A stretch of DNA of 64,000 nucleotides. Source: an uncultured Pelagibacteraceae bacterium (GTDB lineage: Bacteria > Pseudomonadota > Alphaproteobacteria > Pelagibacterales > Pelagibacteraceae). The translations under genes and the position numbers were made by a program. The stretch's first letter is position 1, and every line of letters starts with the position of its first letter. The notes under the pieces were generated by a model, which had not been told where the DNA came from, did not search any database, and saw nothing but the letters and a program-made list of their open reading frames with translations. Below, in pieces: positions 48,037-56,765 of the stretch. The stretch covers positions 41,253 to 105,252 of the forward strand of contig CACMDY010000003.1 of NCBI GenBank assembly GCA_902612605.1. Direction: 5' to 3'.

Positions 48037-48210
48037 TCAAAAATTAAATACTTTTAGGATATGCGGAACCTCCTTAGTTTTAATTTCAGACAATTTTCTA
48101 TTATTTACACGTTTATTGATTTTTTCACACTCCGAAGCACATGCAGGACAGGCTTTGGTAGATTTATTATAATCAACTTCCGTAGTAAATTTTTTTTTAA
48201 CAGCTGTCAT
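48037..48210 (-). CDS. Small Cys-motif protein (CxxCxxxC), 57 aa
   Basis: Manual translation: MTAVKKKFTTEVDYNKSTKACPACASECEKINKRVNNRKLSEIKTKEVPHILKVFNF*. The ATG immediately follows the SBP stop, and the ORF stop lies just before the terminator. Confidence 0.65.
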   Translation of the reverse strand: MTAVKKKFTTEVDYNKSTKACPACASECEKINKRVNNRKLSEIKTKEVPHILKVFNF

Positions 48211-49233
48211 TTACTTCCAACCAGCAGCTAACATTACTTCTAATGCGTCTGCTTGTTTTGCACCGTATGACTTAACACTTGTTTTAGTATCCATTACAAA
48301 GTTCATCTCTTTGCCTGGAACTAAATCATTAGGTGTTACACCATCGATCATTGGATACTCAAAAGTATTATTTACAATGTGATTTTGAGCCTCTGTTGAT
48401 AATAAAAACTCAACTAATTTTACAGCATTAGCTTTGTTTGGTGCATGTTTAAGCATACCAGCTCCACTAATATTTATGTGCGTTCCTCTATCTTGTTGAT
48501 TAGGGAAAAAAGGCATTACTTTTTTTGCTGCTTCTTGTTGTTCAGCACCTTTTTTTCCAGATAACATCAATGCATGATAGTATGTATTTGCAACAGCAAT
48601 ATCAGCTTCTCCAGCTGCAACAGCCATGATTTGAGCACGGTCGTTACCTTTTGGAGTTCTAGCCATGTTTGCTACAACAGCTTTAGACCATTCTGCTGTT
48701 TTAGCTTTACCATTATTCTTAACTAGTGAAGCAACTAAAGACTGGTTATAAATGTTATTAGATTTTCTTATTACTAATCTACCTTTCCATTTTGGATCAG
48801 CTAGACCTTCGTAAGTCATGCCATTTAGTTCATTTGCATTTACTCTTTCAGGTGAATAATAAATTATTCTTGCTCTCTTAGCTATTCCAGTCCATTTAGC
48901 AGATCTAAATTGTGTAGGTACAGCATCCTTAATAGCTTTTGACCAACCAGCATTTTGCATCATGCCTTTGGCTGCGAATGCACCTAATCTTCCAGCATCA
49001 GCTGTGATGTATAAATCTCCAACACAGTCTGCTCCCTCTTCTGTAATTCTTTTTTGCAGGGCTTTATCTTTACCTGATACTACGTTTACTTTAATTCCTG
49101 TTGCTGCTGTGAACTTTTCATATAATTGAATGTCAGAATCATAGTGTCTTGCACTAAAAATATTGACCTCAGCTGCAATCGTAAAACTTGAAATTAAAGC
49201 AAAAAACAATGAAATTATTGTCAATTTTCTCAT
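48211..49233 (-). CDS. futA: Fe(III) ABC transporter periplasmic binding protein (FutA/FbpA/Sfu-type)
   Basis: Start moved from 49302 to 49233 (AAGGAG SD, signal peptide MRKLTIISL...). Motifs SARHY, TADAGRL, RARII.YS, SNNIYNQSL, GNDRAQI, ANTYY and EYP. Confidence 0.92.
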   Translation of the reverse strand: MRKLTIISLFFALISSFTIAAEVNIFSARHYDSDIQLYEKFTAATGIKVNVVSGKDKALQKRITEEGADCVGDLYITADAGRLGAFAAKGMMQNAGWSKAIKDAVPTQFRSAKWTGIAKRARIIYYSPERVNANELNGMTYEGLADPKWKGRLVIRKSNNIYNQSLVASLVKNNGKAKTAEWSKAVVANMARTPKGNDRAQIMAVAAGEADIAVANTYYHALMLSGKKGAEQQEAAKKVMPFFPNQQDRGTHINISGAGMLKHAPNKANAVKLVEFLLSTEAQNHIVNNTFEYPMIDGVTPNDLVPGKEMNFVMDTKTSVKSYGAKQADALEVMLAAGWK

Positions 49234-49281
49234 TCTACTCCTTAAATTTATATTTATATTAAACGTAATTTGTCCTGCAAT

Positions 49282-49350
49282 GCGGATGATAACTATTCTC
49301 AATGAAAATGATTATCAATTGCAATATTGTCGCAATTGATAATCAATCGC
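49282..49350. promoter_or_regulatory. Three Fur-box-like operators, two forming a 14-bp inverted repeat
   Basis: Against GATAATGATAATCATTATC, 49304-49322 (minus) matches 15/19, and 49282-49300 and 49332-49350 each match 13/19. The perfect IR is 49309-49322/49332-49345. The region lies directly upstream of the Fe(III) SBP. Confidence 0.7.
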
Positions 49351-49378
49351 AATTAGTGCTGTTTTTTGGATAAATTAT

Positions 49379-50269
49379 TTAAAATTCCCACTCAGAAATT
49401 TTACTGTAAAGGAAGTTTCTAAAAGCTTGAACTCTAGCAACATTTTTAAGTGATTGAGGATATACAAAGTGTGCCTCTGTTGTTGGACCTTGAACACTTG
49501 GTAAAACTTTAACGATATTTGGTTGTTTGACAGTTAAGTAATCTGGTATTGCAGCTAATCCTACACCACTTTGAACGGCTAATAGTAAACCATAAACACT
49601 GTTTACTCTCATTACAGTTTTTCTTTTTTTATTATCTTTCATTCCAAGTTTTAATGCCCAATCTGGATTATAAACAGGAGATGGAGCTCCTCTACCAAAT
49701 GAAATAAAGTTGTGCTTATTTAAGTCATTAATTGTCTTAGGATATCCGTGTTTTTCTAGGTATTTTGGTGATCCATATATATGATAGTTAATATCAATCA
49801 GCTTTTTTTGAATATAGTTTAACTGTTTTGGTCTTCTCATAAATATACCAATATCCGCTTGTCTTGTACTTAAATCTAGTTCTCTATCATCAAATATCAG
49901 TTCAACTTCAATTTCAGGATTGAGTTGCATAAATTCTTGGATTCTTGGTGTTAACCAGGTTGTTCCAAAACTAACTACTGTTGTTACTGACAGTTTTCCG
50001 GAAGGTTTGTGTTTTTTATCTCCTAAGGTTGTTTCTACCTCTTTTAATTTAGAAATAACTTCATGTGCTGTTTTAAATACATATTCTCCATTTTCAGTTA
50101 GTGTTAAACCTCTCGCATGACGTTCAAATAATTTAACTTTTAAATCTTCTTCTAAAGATTGAATTTGTCTACTAATTGCAGATTGACTTAGATTTAGAAT
50201 TACTGTTGCGCTTGTAAAACTACCTGCCTCAGCAACTGCATGAAATATCTTTAATTTATCCCAATCCAT
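49379..50269 (-). CDS. LysR-family transcriptional regulator
   Basis: MDWDKLKIFHAVAEAGSFT...LSQSAISRQIQSLE helix-turn-helix, LFERHARGL and a LysR substrate-binding domain. Confidence 0.95.
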   Translation of the reverse strand: MDWDKLKIFHAVAEAGSFTSATVILNLSQSAISRQIQSLEEDLKVKLFERHARGLTLTENGEYVFKTAHEVISKLKEVETTLGDKKHKPSGKLSVTTVVSFGTTWLTPRIQEFMQLNPEIEVELIFDDRELDLSTRQADIGIFMRRPKQLNYIQKKLIDINYHIYGSPKYLEKHGYPKTINDLNKHNFISFGRGAPSPVYNPDWALKLGMKDNKKRKTVMRVNSVYGLLLAVQSGVGLAAIPDYLTVKQPNIVKVLPSVQGPTTEAHFVYPQSLKNVARVQAFRNFLYSKISEWEF

Positions 50270-51270
50270 TATTTATTTACATCCACTACTATTTTATGTT
50301 TTAAATTTCCTTTTAATATATCTGGATAGACATTTAATAATTCATCTAATCCAATAGTATTTACTGATTTCTCTAAAATATTAAAATCTAACAAAGCAGG
50401 AAATTCTCCCCATACAAACTCTTTTCTTTTTTTACTGATGTTAACAGAGTCTACTCCCCATAATTTTACTGCTCTTAATATAAATGGAATTACTGATGTA
50501 TTTAATTTATTACCACTAGTATTTCCACATATAGCAACAATTCCTTTTGGTTTAGTTTGAGCAATTGCATTCGATAAAATGTTACCACCAACGGTATCTA
50601 CAACGCCATCCCATGTTCCTTTATCTATTAATCTTGCTTCACCCTCAAATTCTTTACGATCTATAACGTTTTTTGCACCAAGTTCTTTTAGATATTCAGC
50701 TTTATCTGGTTTTCCAGTTATAGCTGTTACATTAATTCCCATTTTAGCAAGAACCATTACTGCAACCATACCAACACCTCCTGTAGAACCAGTTACCAAT
50801 ACATCGTTTACTTTTGATTGCATTAATAGTTCCTCTCTTGCTTTAACTGCAAAGGCACATAACAAACCTGTAAGACCAGCAGTTCCCAAAATCATAGCTT
50901 GTTTATTTGTCATTCCCTCAGGTGTTTTTGTAATATGATCTTTTTTTACTTTTGCATATTGAGAATATCCACCATCAAAAAGTTCTCCTGCTCTACAACC
51001 TGTTAATATAACTCTGTCTCCTTCTTTAAATTCTTCACCATCTCCTTGTGCAACAGTTCCAGAAAAATCAATACCAGGTATTCTTGGATACTCTTTAACT
51101 AATTTACCACCATCTTTTAGTATCATTGCATCTTTCCAATTAAGATCGGAATAATCTATCTTAACTAGCACCTCACCATCTTTAAAATGATCTAAACTTA
51201 GTTCTTTGACTTCTCTTGTAAAATTTTCGTTCTGATTGTTTATTACAACTGCTTTAAATGAGTCCGCCAT
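50269..51270 (-). CDS. acuI: Acryloyl-CoA reductase AcuI/YhdH family (MDR)
   Basis: YSDLNWKD, PRIPGIDFSG, GGYSQYA, GTAGLT, VTGSTGGVG, VDTVGG, PFILRAV.LWGVDS motifs. Confidence 0.85.
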   Translation of the reverse strand: MADSFKAVVINNQNENFTREVKELSLDHFKDGEVLVKIDYSDLNWKDAMILKDGGKLVKEYPRIPGIDFSGTVAQGDGEEFKEGDRVILTGCRAGELFDGGYSQYAKVKKDHITKTPEGMTNKQAMILGTAGLTGLLCAFAVKAREELLMQSKVNDVLVTGSTGGVGMVAVMVLAKMGINVTAITGKPDKAEYLKELGAKNVIDRKEFEGEARLIDKGTWDGVVDTVGGNILSNAIAQTKPKGIVAICGNTSGNKLNTSVIPFILRAVKLWGVDSVNISKKRKEFVWGEFPALLDFNILEKSVNTIGLDELLNVYPDILKGNLKHKIVVDVNK

Positions 51271-51285
51271 GTTTATCAGTAAATA

Positions 51286-51888
51286 TTATTTTGCAATAAA
51301 TCGCAAATATCTATTTTGATAACTTAAATCGTCTTTAAACTGTCCAAGATAAAAATTTGTAACTGTGGTAGCTTGCTCTTTTTTTATACCTCTCATAGTC
51401 ATACACTGATGAGTTGAATCTATTGTTACCGCAACTCCTTTTGCATCCAACGACTCCATTAAAGTATTAGCGATCTGAACAGTTAATCTTTCTTGTGTTT
51501 GTAATCTTTTAGAAAATACTTCTACTACTCTTGCTATTTTACTTAATCCTACAACTCTTTGATTTGGAATGTATGCTACATGAGCAATTCCTATAATTGG
51601 TGCCATGTGATGTTCGCAATGACTTTGAACTGAAATATTTTTCTGAACAACCATATCGCTATAGCCTTCAACATCACCAAATGTTTTATCTAGAACTGCT
51701 TTAGGATCTTCTTTATATCCCTTGAAATATTCTTTAAACGCTTTTGTTACTCTTTTTGGAGTTTCCAATAAACCTTCTCTAGTAGGATCTTCACCTAGCC
51801 ATTTAAGAATTTTGACAAAAGCTTCTTCAGCTTCTTTATCAGTTACTTCATTAATTTTTTTTTCGTTTTCGTTTTTTACTAATTTCAT
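51286..51888 (-). CDS. folE: GTP cyclohydrolase I
   Basis: REGLLETPKRV, SHCEHHMAP, GLSKIAR, RLQTQERLT and HQCMTMRG motifs. Confidence 0.96.
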   Translation of the reverse strand: MKLVKNENEKKINEVTDKEAEEAFVKILKWLGEDPTREGLLETPKRVTKAFKEYFKGYKEDPKAVLDKTFGDVEGYSDMVVQKNISVQSHCEHHMAPIIGIAHVAYIPNQRVVGLSKIARVVEVFSKRLQTQERLTVQIANTLMESLDAKGVAVTIDSTHQCMTMRGIKKEQATTVTNFYLGQFKDDLSYQNRYLRFIAK

Positions 51889-51945
51889 GACGTGCTTTTA
51901 TATATATAAAACCTTAATTTTAAAATATTTAATATATTTATTATT

Positions 51946-52434
51946 ATGTTAGATAATTCCACATATATGTTTAAAAAAAGAGAAAATGTAGCAGAAATAG
52001 AAGAAGGTAAGCTTTTATCTCCTAAATTCGACAATGATGGATTGATTCCAGTCATTACAACATGCTCAAAAACAAAAGAAATATTAATGCATGGGTATAT
52101 GAATGTTGAAGCCTTAAAGTTAACTATTGAAACTAAAGAAGCTCATTACTGGAGCAGATCAAGACAATCAATTTGGCACAAAGGAAAAACAAGTGGGTTT
52201 GTTCAAAAAGTAAAGGAGATTCGAATTGATGATGATCAAGATGCAGTTTGGATGACTGTAGATATTGGCGAAGGCTCTAGTTGCCACGTTGGGTACAGAT
52301 CCTGTTTTTACAGATCTGTTCCTTTGGGTAAAATTGATAATGCAAGACAAATCGAAATGAAATTTGAAGAAGAAGAAAAAAAATTTGATCCAGAGGTTGT
52401 TTATAAAGGACAACCTAATCCAACAAAAATATAA
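51946..52434 (+). CDS. hisI: Phosphoribosyl-AMP cyclohydrolase
   Basis: GLIP, M.GYMN, YWSRSR...WHKG.TSG, DDDQD and CHVGYRSCFY motifs. The start may be the internal ATG (MFKKRE). Confidence 0.95.
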   Translation: MLDNSTYMFKKRENVAEIEEGKLLSPKFDNDGLIPVITTCSKTKEILMHGYMNVEALKLTIETKEAHYWSRSRQSIWHKGKTSGFVQKVKEIRIDDDQDAVWMTVDIGEGSSCHVGYRSCFYRSVPLGKIDNARQIEMKFEEEEKKFDPEVVYKGQPNPTKI

Positions 52435-52441
52435 AAAATTA

Positions 52442-53050
52442 ATGAAAGTTTTAAGTCCGTTTGGACCAAAAATTGCTGTTGTTAAAATTCCATTAAACTT
52501 GGTAAAAAAAATTAATGATGAAGTTGAAAGTATTATTAAAGATAAAAAAAAATTGAAATCAAATGATTACTCAAAAAAGTTAGTAGGTCAAGTTGAGCAA
52601 GAAATTGAATTAAAAAATAAATTTATTAAAAAAAATTTAAAAAGTTTTATTTCTAAAAGTGTAAATCAATATTTAAAAAAAAATCTTAATAAGAAGTCAA
52701 AAAATATTAAAATTAAGAATTTATGGGTCGTAAGACAATTTAAAAATGATTATAACCCTGTACATTTTCATGATGGTAATGTTTCTGGAGTTGGTTATTT
52801 AAAAATTCCTAACAATTTAACAAAGGGACACAAAAAAATTAAAACTAACGGAACAATTGATTTTATTTATGGATCTAAATCTTTTTTGAACAATTCTATA
52901 TTTAATCATAAACCAAAAGTTGGTGATCTTATCTTATTCCCAAATAATTTGATGCATACTGCATATCCATTTAAATCTGATGGTGAAAGAAGATCATTTT
53001 CTTTTAACATAGATATTGATAAAAAATTAACAAGATTATTTCATGGCTGA
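52442..53050 (+). CDS. Putative Fe(II)/2OG-dependent oxygenase (TIGR02466-like)
   Basis: WVVRQ...NPVHFH, SGVGYL, G.LILFP..LMH.AYP and RRSFSFN motifs. Start moved from 52364 to the ATG after hisI. Confidence 0.75.
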   Translation: MKVLSPFGPKIAVVKIPLNLVKKINDEVESIIKDKKKLKSNDYSKKLVGQVEQEIELKNKFIKKNLKSFISKSVNQYLKKNLNKKSKNIKIKNLWVVRQFKNDYNPVHFHDGNVSGVGYLKIPNNLTKGHKKIKTNGTIDFIYGSKSFLNNSIFNHKPKVGDLILFPNNLMHTAYPFKSDGERRSFSFNIDIDKKLTRLFHG

Positions 53051-53417
53051 TAAACAAAAAAACGTTTTAGACGAAGACTTGGAGTTATGTTCAAATGATC
53101 CTTTAACTGGATGGTATAGAGATGGATGTTGTAATACTGATGAAAATGATCATGGTGTTCACACCGTTTGTGCAAAAGTAAATACTGAATTTTTAGAATG
53201 GTGTAAAGAAGCAGGCAATGATTTAATTACACCTCATCCTGAGTTTGGTTTTCCGGGTTTAAAAGATGGAGATAGTTGGTGTGTGTGTGCAGGTTGGTAT
53301 GCTAGAGCTTTAGAAGCGGGAAAAGGATGTCCAATTTATTTAAAAAAAACTCATAAAAACACTTTAAAGCTTATTCCAATTGAAACCTTAAAAAAGTTTG
53401 CAATCGATTTATCTTAA
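53043..53417 (+). CDS. DUF2237-family protein
   Basis: NVL...LE.CS.DP.TGWYRDGCC...D.G.HTVC...GLKDGD.WCVCA.W pattern. Confidence 0.88.
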   Translation: MADKQKNVLDEDLELCSNDPLTGWYRDGCCNTDENDHGVHTVCAKVNTEFLEWCKEAGNDLITPHPEFGFPGLKDGDSWCVCAGWYARALEAGKGCPIYLKKTHKNTLKLIPIETLKKFAIDLS

Positions 53418-55037
53418 TTACATATTTCCGTATTTAGGTCCACCTCCACCTTCTGGTGTGACCCAAGTAATATTTTGAGATGGCTCTTTAATATCACAAG
53501 TTTTACAATGTATGCAATTTTGTGCATTTATTACAAATTTTTGAACAGAATTTACTTCTTGAACTTCATAAACTCCTGCTGGACAATATCTTTGTGCAGG
53601 CTCATCAAATTTTTCTAAAGTATATTTTATTGGCAAATCTGGATCTTTAAGTTTTAAGTGGACTGGCTGATTATCATCATGAATTGTACCTGTTAAATAA
53701 ACCGAACTAGTTTTATCAAAAGTAATAACGTTATCAGGCTTAGGATAATCAATTTTTGGCATTTTATCTGCTGGTTTTAAAGCTTCATGATCAGCGTGTT
53801 TATGCTTTAATGTGAAAGGAAGCTTTCCTCTAAATAAAATCTGGTCAATTCCAGTAAATAATATACCTAGAATTAAACCCCAAGAGAAACTTGGTTTTAC
53901 ATTTCTCGCCTCATATAATTCTTTGTAAACCCAACTTTCTTTAAATTTTTGTTCATATGTAGATAAATTTATATTTTTTGTAAGATGCTCATAAATTGTT
54001 TCTGCAGCGATCATTCCACTTTTCATTGCAGTATGAGACCCTTTTATTTTAGGCATATTTAACGTTCCCGCGTCACATCCAACTAACAAAGCACCTGGCA
54101 TAAACATCTGAGGTAAACTCTGTATACCTCCCTCAATTAAAGCTCTTGCGCCATAAGTAATTCTTTTTCCACCTTCAATTATTTTTTTTATATCTGGATG
54201 AGTTTTAAATCTTTGGAATTCATCGAAAGGTGAGAGATGAGGATTTTGGTAATCTAATCCAATTACGTAACCAAGAAAAACTTGTTTATTTTCTGCATGA
54301 TACATAAAACTTCCACCGTAGGTGTTATTGTCTAAAGGCCATCCAGCAGTATGCATTACTAAACCTTCTGTATGATTTTTTTCATCTATCTCCCAAATTT
54401 CTTTAAAACCAATTCCATATTGTTGAGGATTTTTACCTTTATCCAACTCAAACTTCTTAATTAATTCTTTTCCTAAGTGACCTCTGCATCCTTCTGCAAA
54501 GACTGTAACTTTTGCATGTAATTCCATTCCTGGTTCATAAGTATCTTTTTTATTTCCCTCTTTGTCGATACCCATATCTTGAGTTGCAATACCTTTAACT
54601 GATCCATCATCATTATATAAAACTTCACTTGCTGGAAATCCTGGGAATATTTCAACTCCTAATCCTTCAGCCTTCTCTGCTAACCATCTACAAAGATTTG
54701 CAAGACTTATAATATAATTGTTATGATTTTGTTGAACCTTAGGAAGCAGCCATGTTGGCCAACTTAATGATTTTTGTTTTCCTAAAAATAAAAATTTTTC
54801 TTTTGTAACTTTTGTTTTAATGGGAGCATCTAATTCTTTCCAATTAGGTATTAGTTCGTCTAAAGCACGTGTTTCAAACACGTTCCCTGATAAAATGTGT
54901 GCACCTATTTCAGATGCTTTCTCTAAAAGGCAGACATTAATATCTGGATTTAACTGCTTTAATTTAATTGCAGTTGAAAGTCCTGATGGTCCGCCACCTA
55001 CGATGACAACATCGTATTCCATCACTTCTCTGGACAT
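53418..55037 (-). CDS. etfdh: Electron-transfer flavoprotein-ubiquinone oxidoreductase
   Basis: GGGPSG, GAHILSG, YGARAL.EGG, KIKGSHTAMKSG and C-terminal CPAGVYE...NCIHCKTCDIK Fe-S motif. Confidence 0.95.
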   Translation of the reverse strand: MSREVMEYDVVIVGGGPSGLSTAIKLKQLNPDINVCLLEKASEIGAHILSGNVFETRALDELIPNWKELDAPIKTKVTKEKFLFLGKQKSLSWPTWLLPKVQQNHNNYIISLANLCRWLAEKAEGLGVEIFPGFPASEVLYNDDGSVKGIATQDMGIDKEGNKKDTYEPGMELHAKVTVFAEGCRGHLGKELIKKFELDKGKNPQQYGIGFKEIWEIDEKNHTEGLVMHTAGWPLDNNTYGGSFMYHAENKQVFLGYVIGLDYQNPHLSPFDEFQRFKTHPDIKKIIEGGKRITYGARALIEGGIQSLPQMFMPGALLVGCDAGTLNMPKIKGSHTAMKSGMIAAETIYEHLTKNINLSTYEQKFKESWVYKELYEARNVKPSFSWGLILGILFTGIDQILFRGKLPFTLKHKHADHEALKPADKMPKIDYPKPDNVITFDKTSSVYLTGTIHDDNQPVHLKLKDPDLPIKYTLEKFDEPAQRYCPAGVYEVQEVNSVQKFVINAQNCIHCKTCDIKEPSQNITWVTPEGGGGPKYGNM

Positions 55038-55061
55038 AATGATAATTTCTTACAGTATTTG

Positions 55062-56015
55062 CTATTTTTGTATAGTGTTTAATTTGTTCAATTCTGACAA
55101 AAACTGAGGAAGAGCCTCAAAAAGATCTGCTTCTAATCCGTAATCTGCGACACTAAAAATTGGAGCTTCACCGTCTTTATTTATAGCCACAATAACTTTG
55201 CTTTCTTTCATTCCTGCTAAGTGCTGTATCGCACCTGAAATTCCAACTGCAATATATAAATCTGGGACTACCACTTTACCCGTTTGTCCTACTTGATGAT
55301 CATTCGTAATATAACCTGCATCAACTGCTGCTCTAGATGCACCAATTGCTGCATTAAGTTTATCCGCAATATCACTTATTAATTTGAAATTTTCGCCATT
55401 TTGCATTCCTCTGCCACCAGAAATAACTATTCTAGCTGTTCCAAGCTCTGGTCTGTCTGACTTAACTTCTTCTTTCTTTAGAAATTTAGTTGATGAACTA
55501 GCTTCTGCTGGATCAGATTTTGTAATTTCAGCAGATCCACCACTCTTATCAGCAGGGTCAAACGACGTCGGTCTAATAGTAACACATTTTTTTTTGTCAT
55601 TACTTTTAACCGTAGCAAAAGCATTTCCTGCATAAATTGGTCTTAAAAAAGTATCCTCAGAAATAACTTTAATTATATCGCTCACTTGCGAAGTATCTAG
55701 TAATGCTGCAATTCTTGGCATTAAATTTTTGCCAAATGTATTTGCTGAGCTTACAATATGTGAATAACTTTCTGCATGCTTAATTATTGCTGCTGTATAA
55801 TTTTCAGCAATGTAGTTTTCATAAATTTTATTATCAACGTGAATAACTTTTTTTACATTTGGAACTTCAGATAAAGATTTTGCAACATCATCAGCTTGAT
55901 GACCTAAAACCAAAACATGAAGATCCTCATTTATTTGAGAAGCTGCAGTTATAGCATTATAGGTAAATGGTCTAACCTCTTTATTATTATGTTCTGCAAT
56001 TAATAATACTGACAT
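55062..56015 (-). CDS. etfA: Electron-transfer flavoprotein alpha subunit
   Basis: [20 protein letters not shown] and [26 protein letters not shown] motifs. Confidence 0.96.
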   Translation of the reverse strand: MSVLLIAEHNNKEVRPFTYNAITAASQINEDLHVLVLGHQADDVAKSLSEVPNVKKVIHVDNKIYENYIAENYTAAIIKHAESYSHIVSSANTFGKNLMPRIAALLDTSQVSDIIKVISEDTFLRPIYAGNAFATVKSNDKKKCVTIRPTSFDPADKSGGSAEITKSDPAEASSSTKFLKKEEVKSDRPELGTARIVISGGRGMQNGENFKLISDIADKLNAAIGASRAAVDAGYITNDHQVGQTGKVVVPDLYIAVGISGAIQHLAGMKESKVIVAINKDGEAPIFSVADYGLEADLFEALPQFLSELNKLNTIQK

Positions 56016-56765
56016 TTAAATTACCTTAGCCTCATTTTTTAATTTTTGCACTAATTCTTCTACACTAGCGACTTTTATTCCAGCTTTTCTTTTTGGTGGT
56101 TCCTCAACTTTAATTTGTTCGATTCTAGGATTAATATCAACTCCTAAATCTGAAGCATTTAACTGTTCTATTGATTTTTTCTTCGCTTTCATAATATTTG
56201 GAAGCGAAGCATATCTTGGTTCATTTAGTCTTAAATCACATGTAACAATAGCTGGAACATTTACTTCAATAGTTTCTAAACCTTCATCAATTTCACGAGT
56301 TACTTCTAATGCATTATCTTTAACTTCAATTTTCGATGCAAAAGTTGCTTGAGGCCAATTTAATAAAGCTGCAAGCATCTGACCAGTTTGATTACAATCA
56401 TCGTCAATTGCTTGTTTTCCCATAAACACCAAATCAGGATTTTCTTTTTCTACAATTTTTTTCAAAATTTTTGAAACTGCTAATGGCTCAATCACATTAT
56501 CAACTTTGACATGTATTCCCCTATCCGCTCCAACAGCTAATGCTTTTCTAACAGTTTCTTGAGCTTTTTCTTCACCGATTGTAATTGCAACTATTTCTTT
56601 AGCTTTGCCAGCCTCTTTAATTTTTACTGCTTCTTCTATTGCATTATCATCTGGTGGATTTGTTGACATTTTAACGTTGTCAGTAACAACACCAGAACCA
56701 TCTTCTTTAACTCTTATTTGAACGTTGTAATCAATAACTCTTTTAACTGCGACTAATATTTTCAT
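56016..56765 (-). CDS. etfB: Electron-transfer flavoprotein beta subunit
   Basis: [29 protein letters not shown] and [15 protein letters not shown] motifs. Confidence 0.96.
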   Translation of the reverse strand: MKILVAVKRVIDYNVQIRVKEDGSGVVTDNVKMSTNPPDDNAIEEAVKIKEAGKAKEIVAITIGEEKAQETVRKALAVGADRGIHVKVDNVIEPLAVSKILKKIVEKENPDLVFMGKQAIDDDCNQTGQMLAALLNWPQATFASKIEVKDNALEVTREIDEGLETIEVNVPAIVTCDLRLNEPRYASLPNIMKAKKKSIEQLNASDLGVDINPRIEQIKVEEPPKRKAGIKVASVEELVQKLKNEAKVI

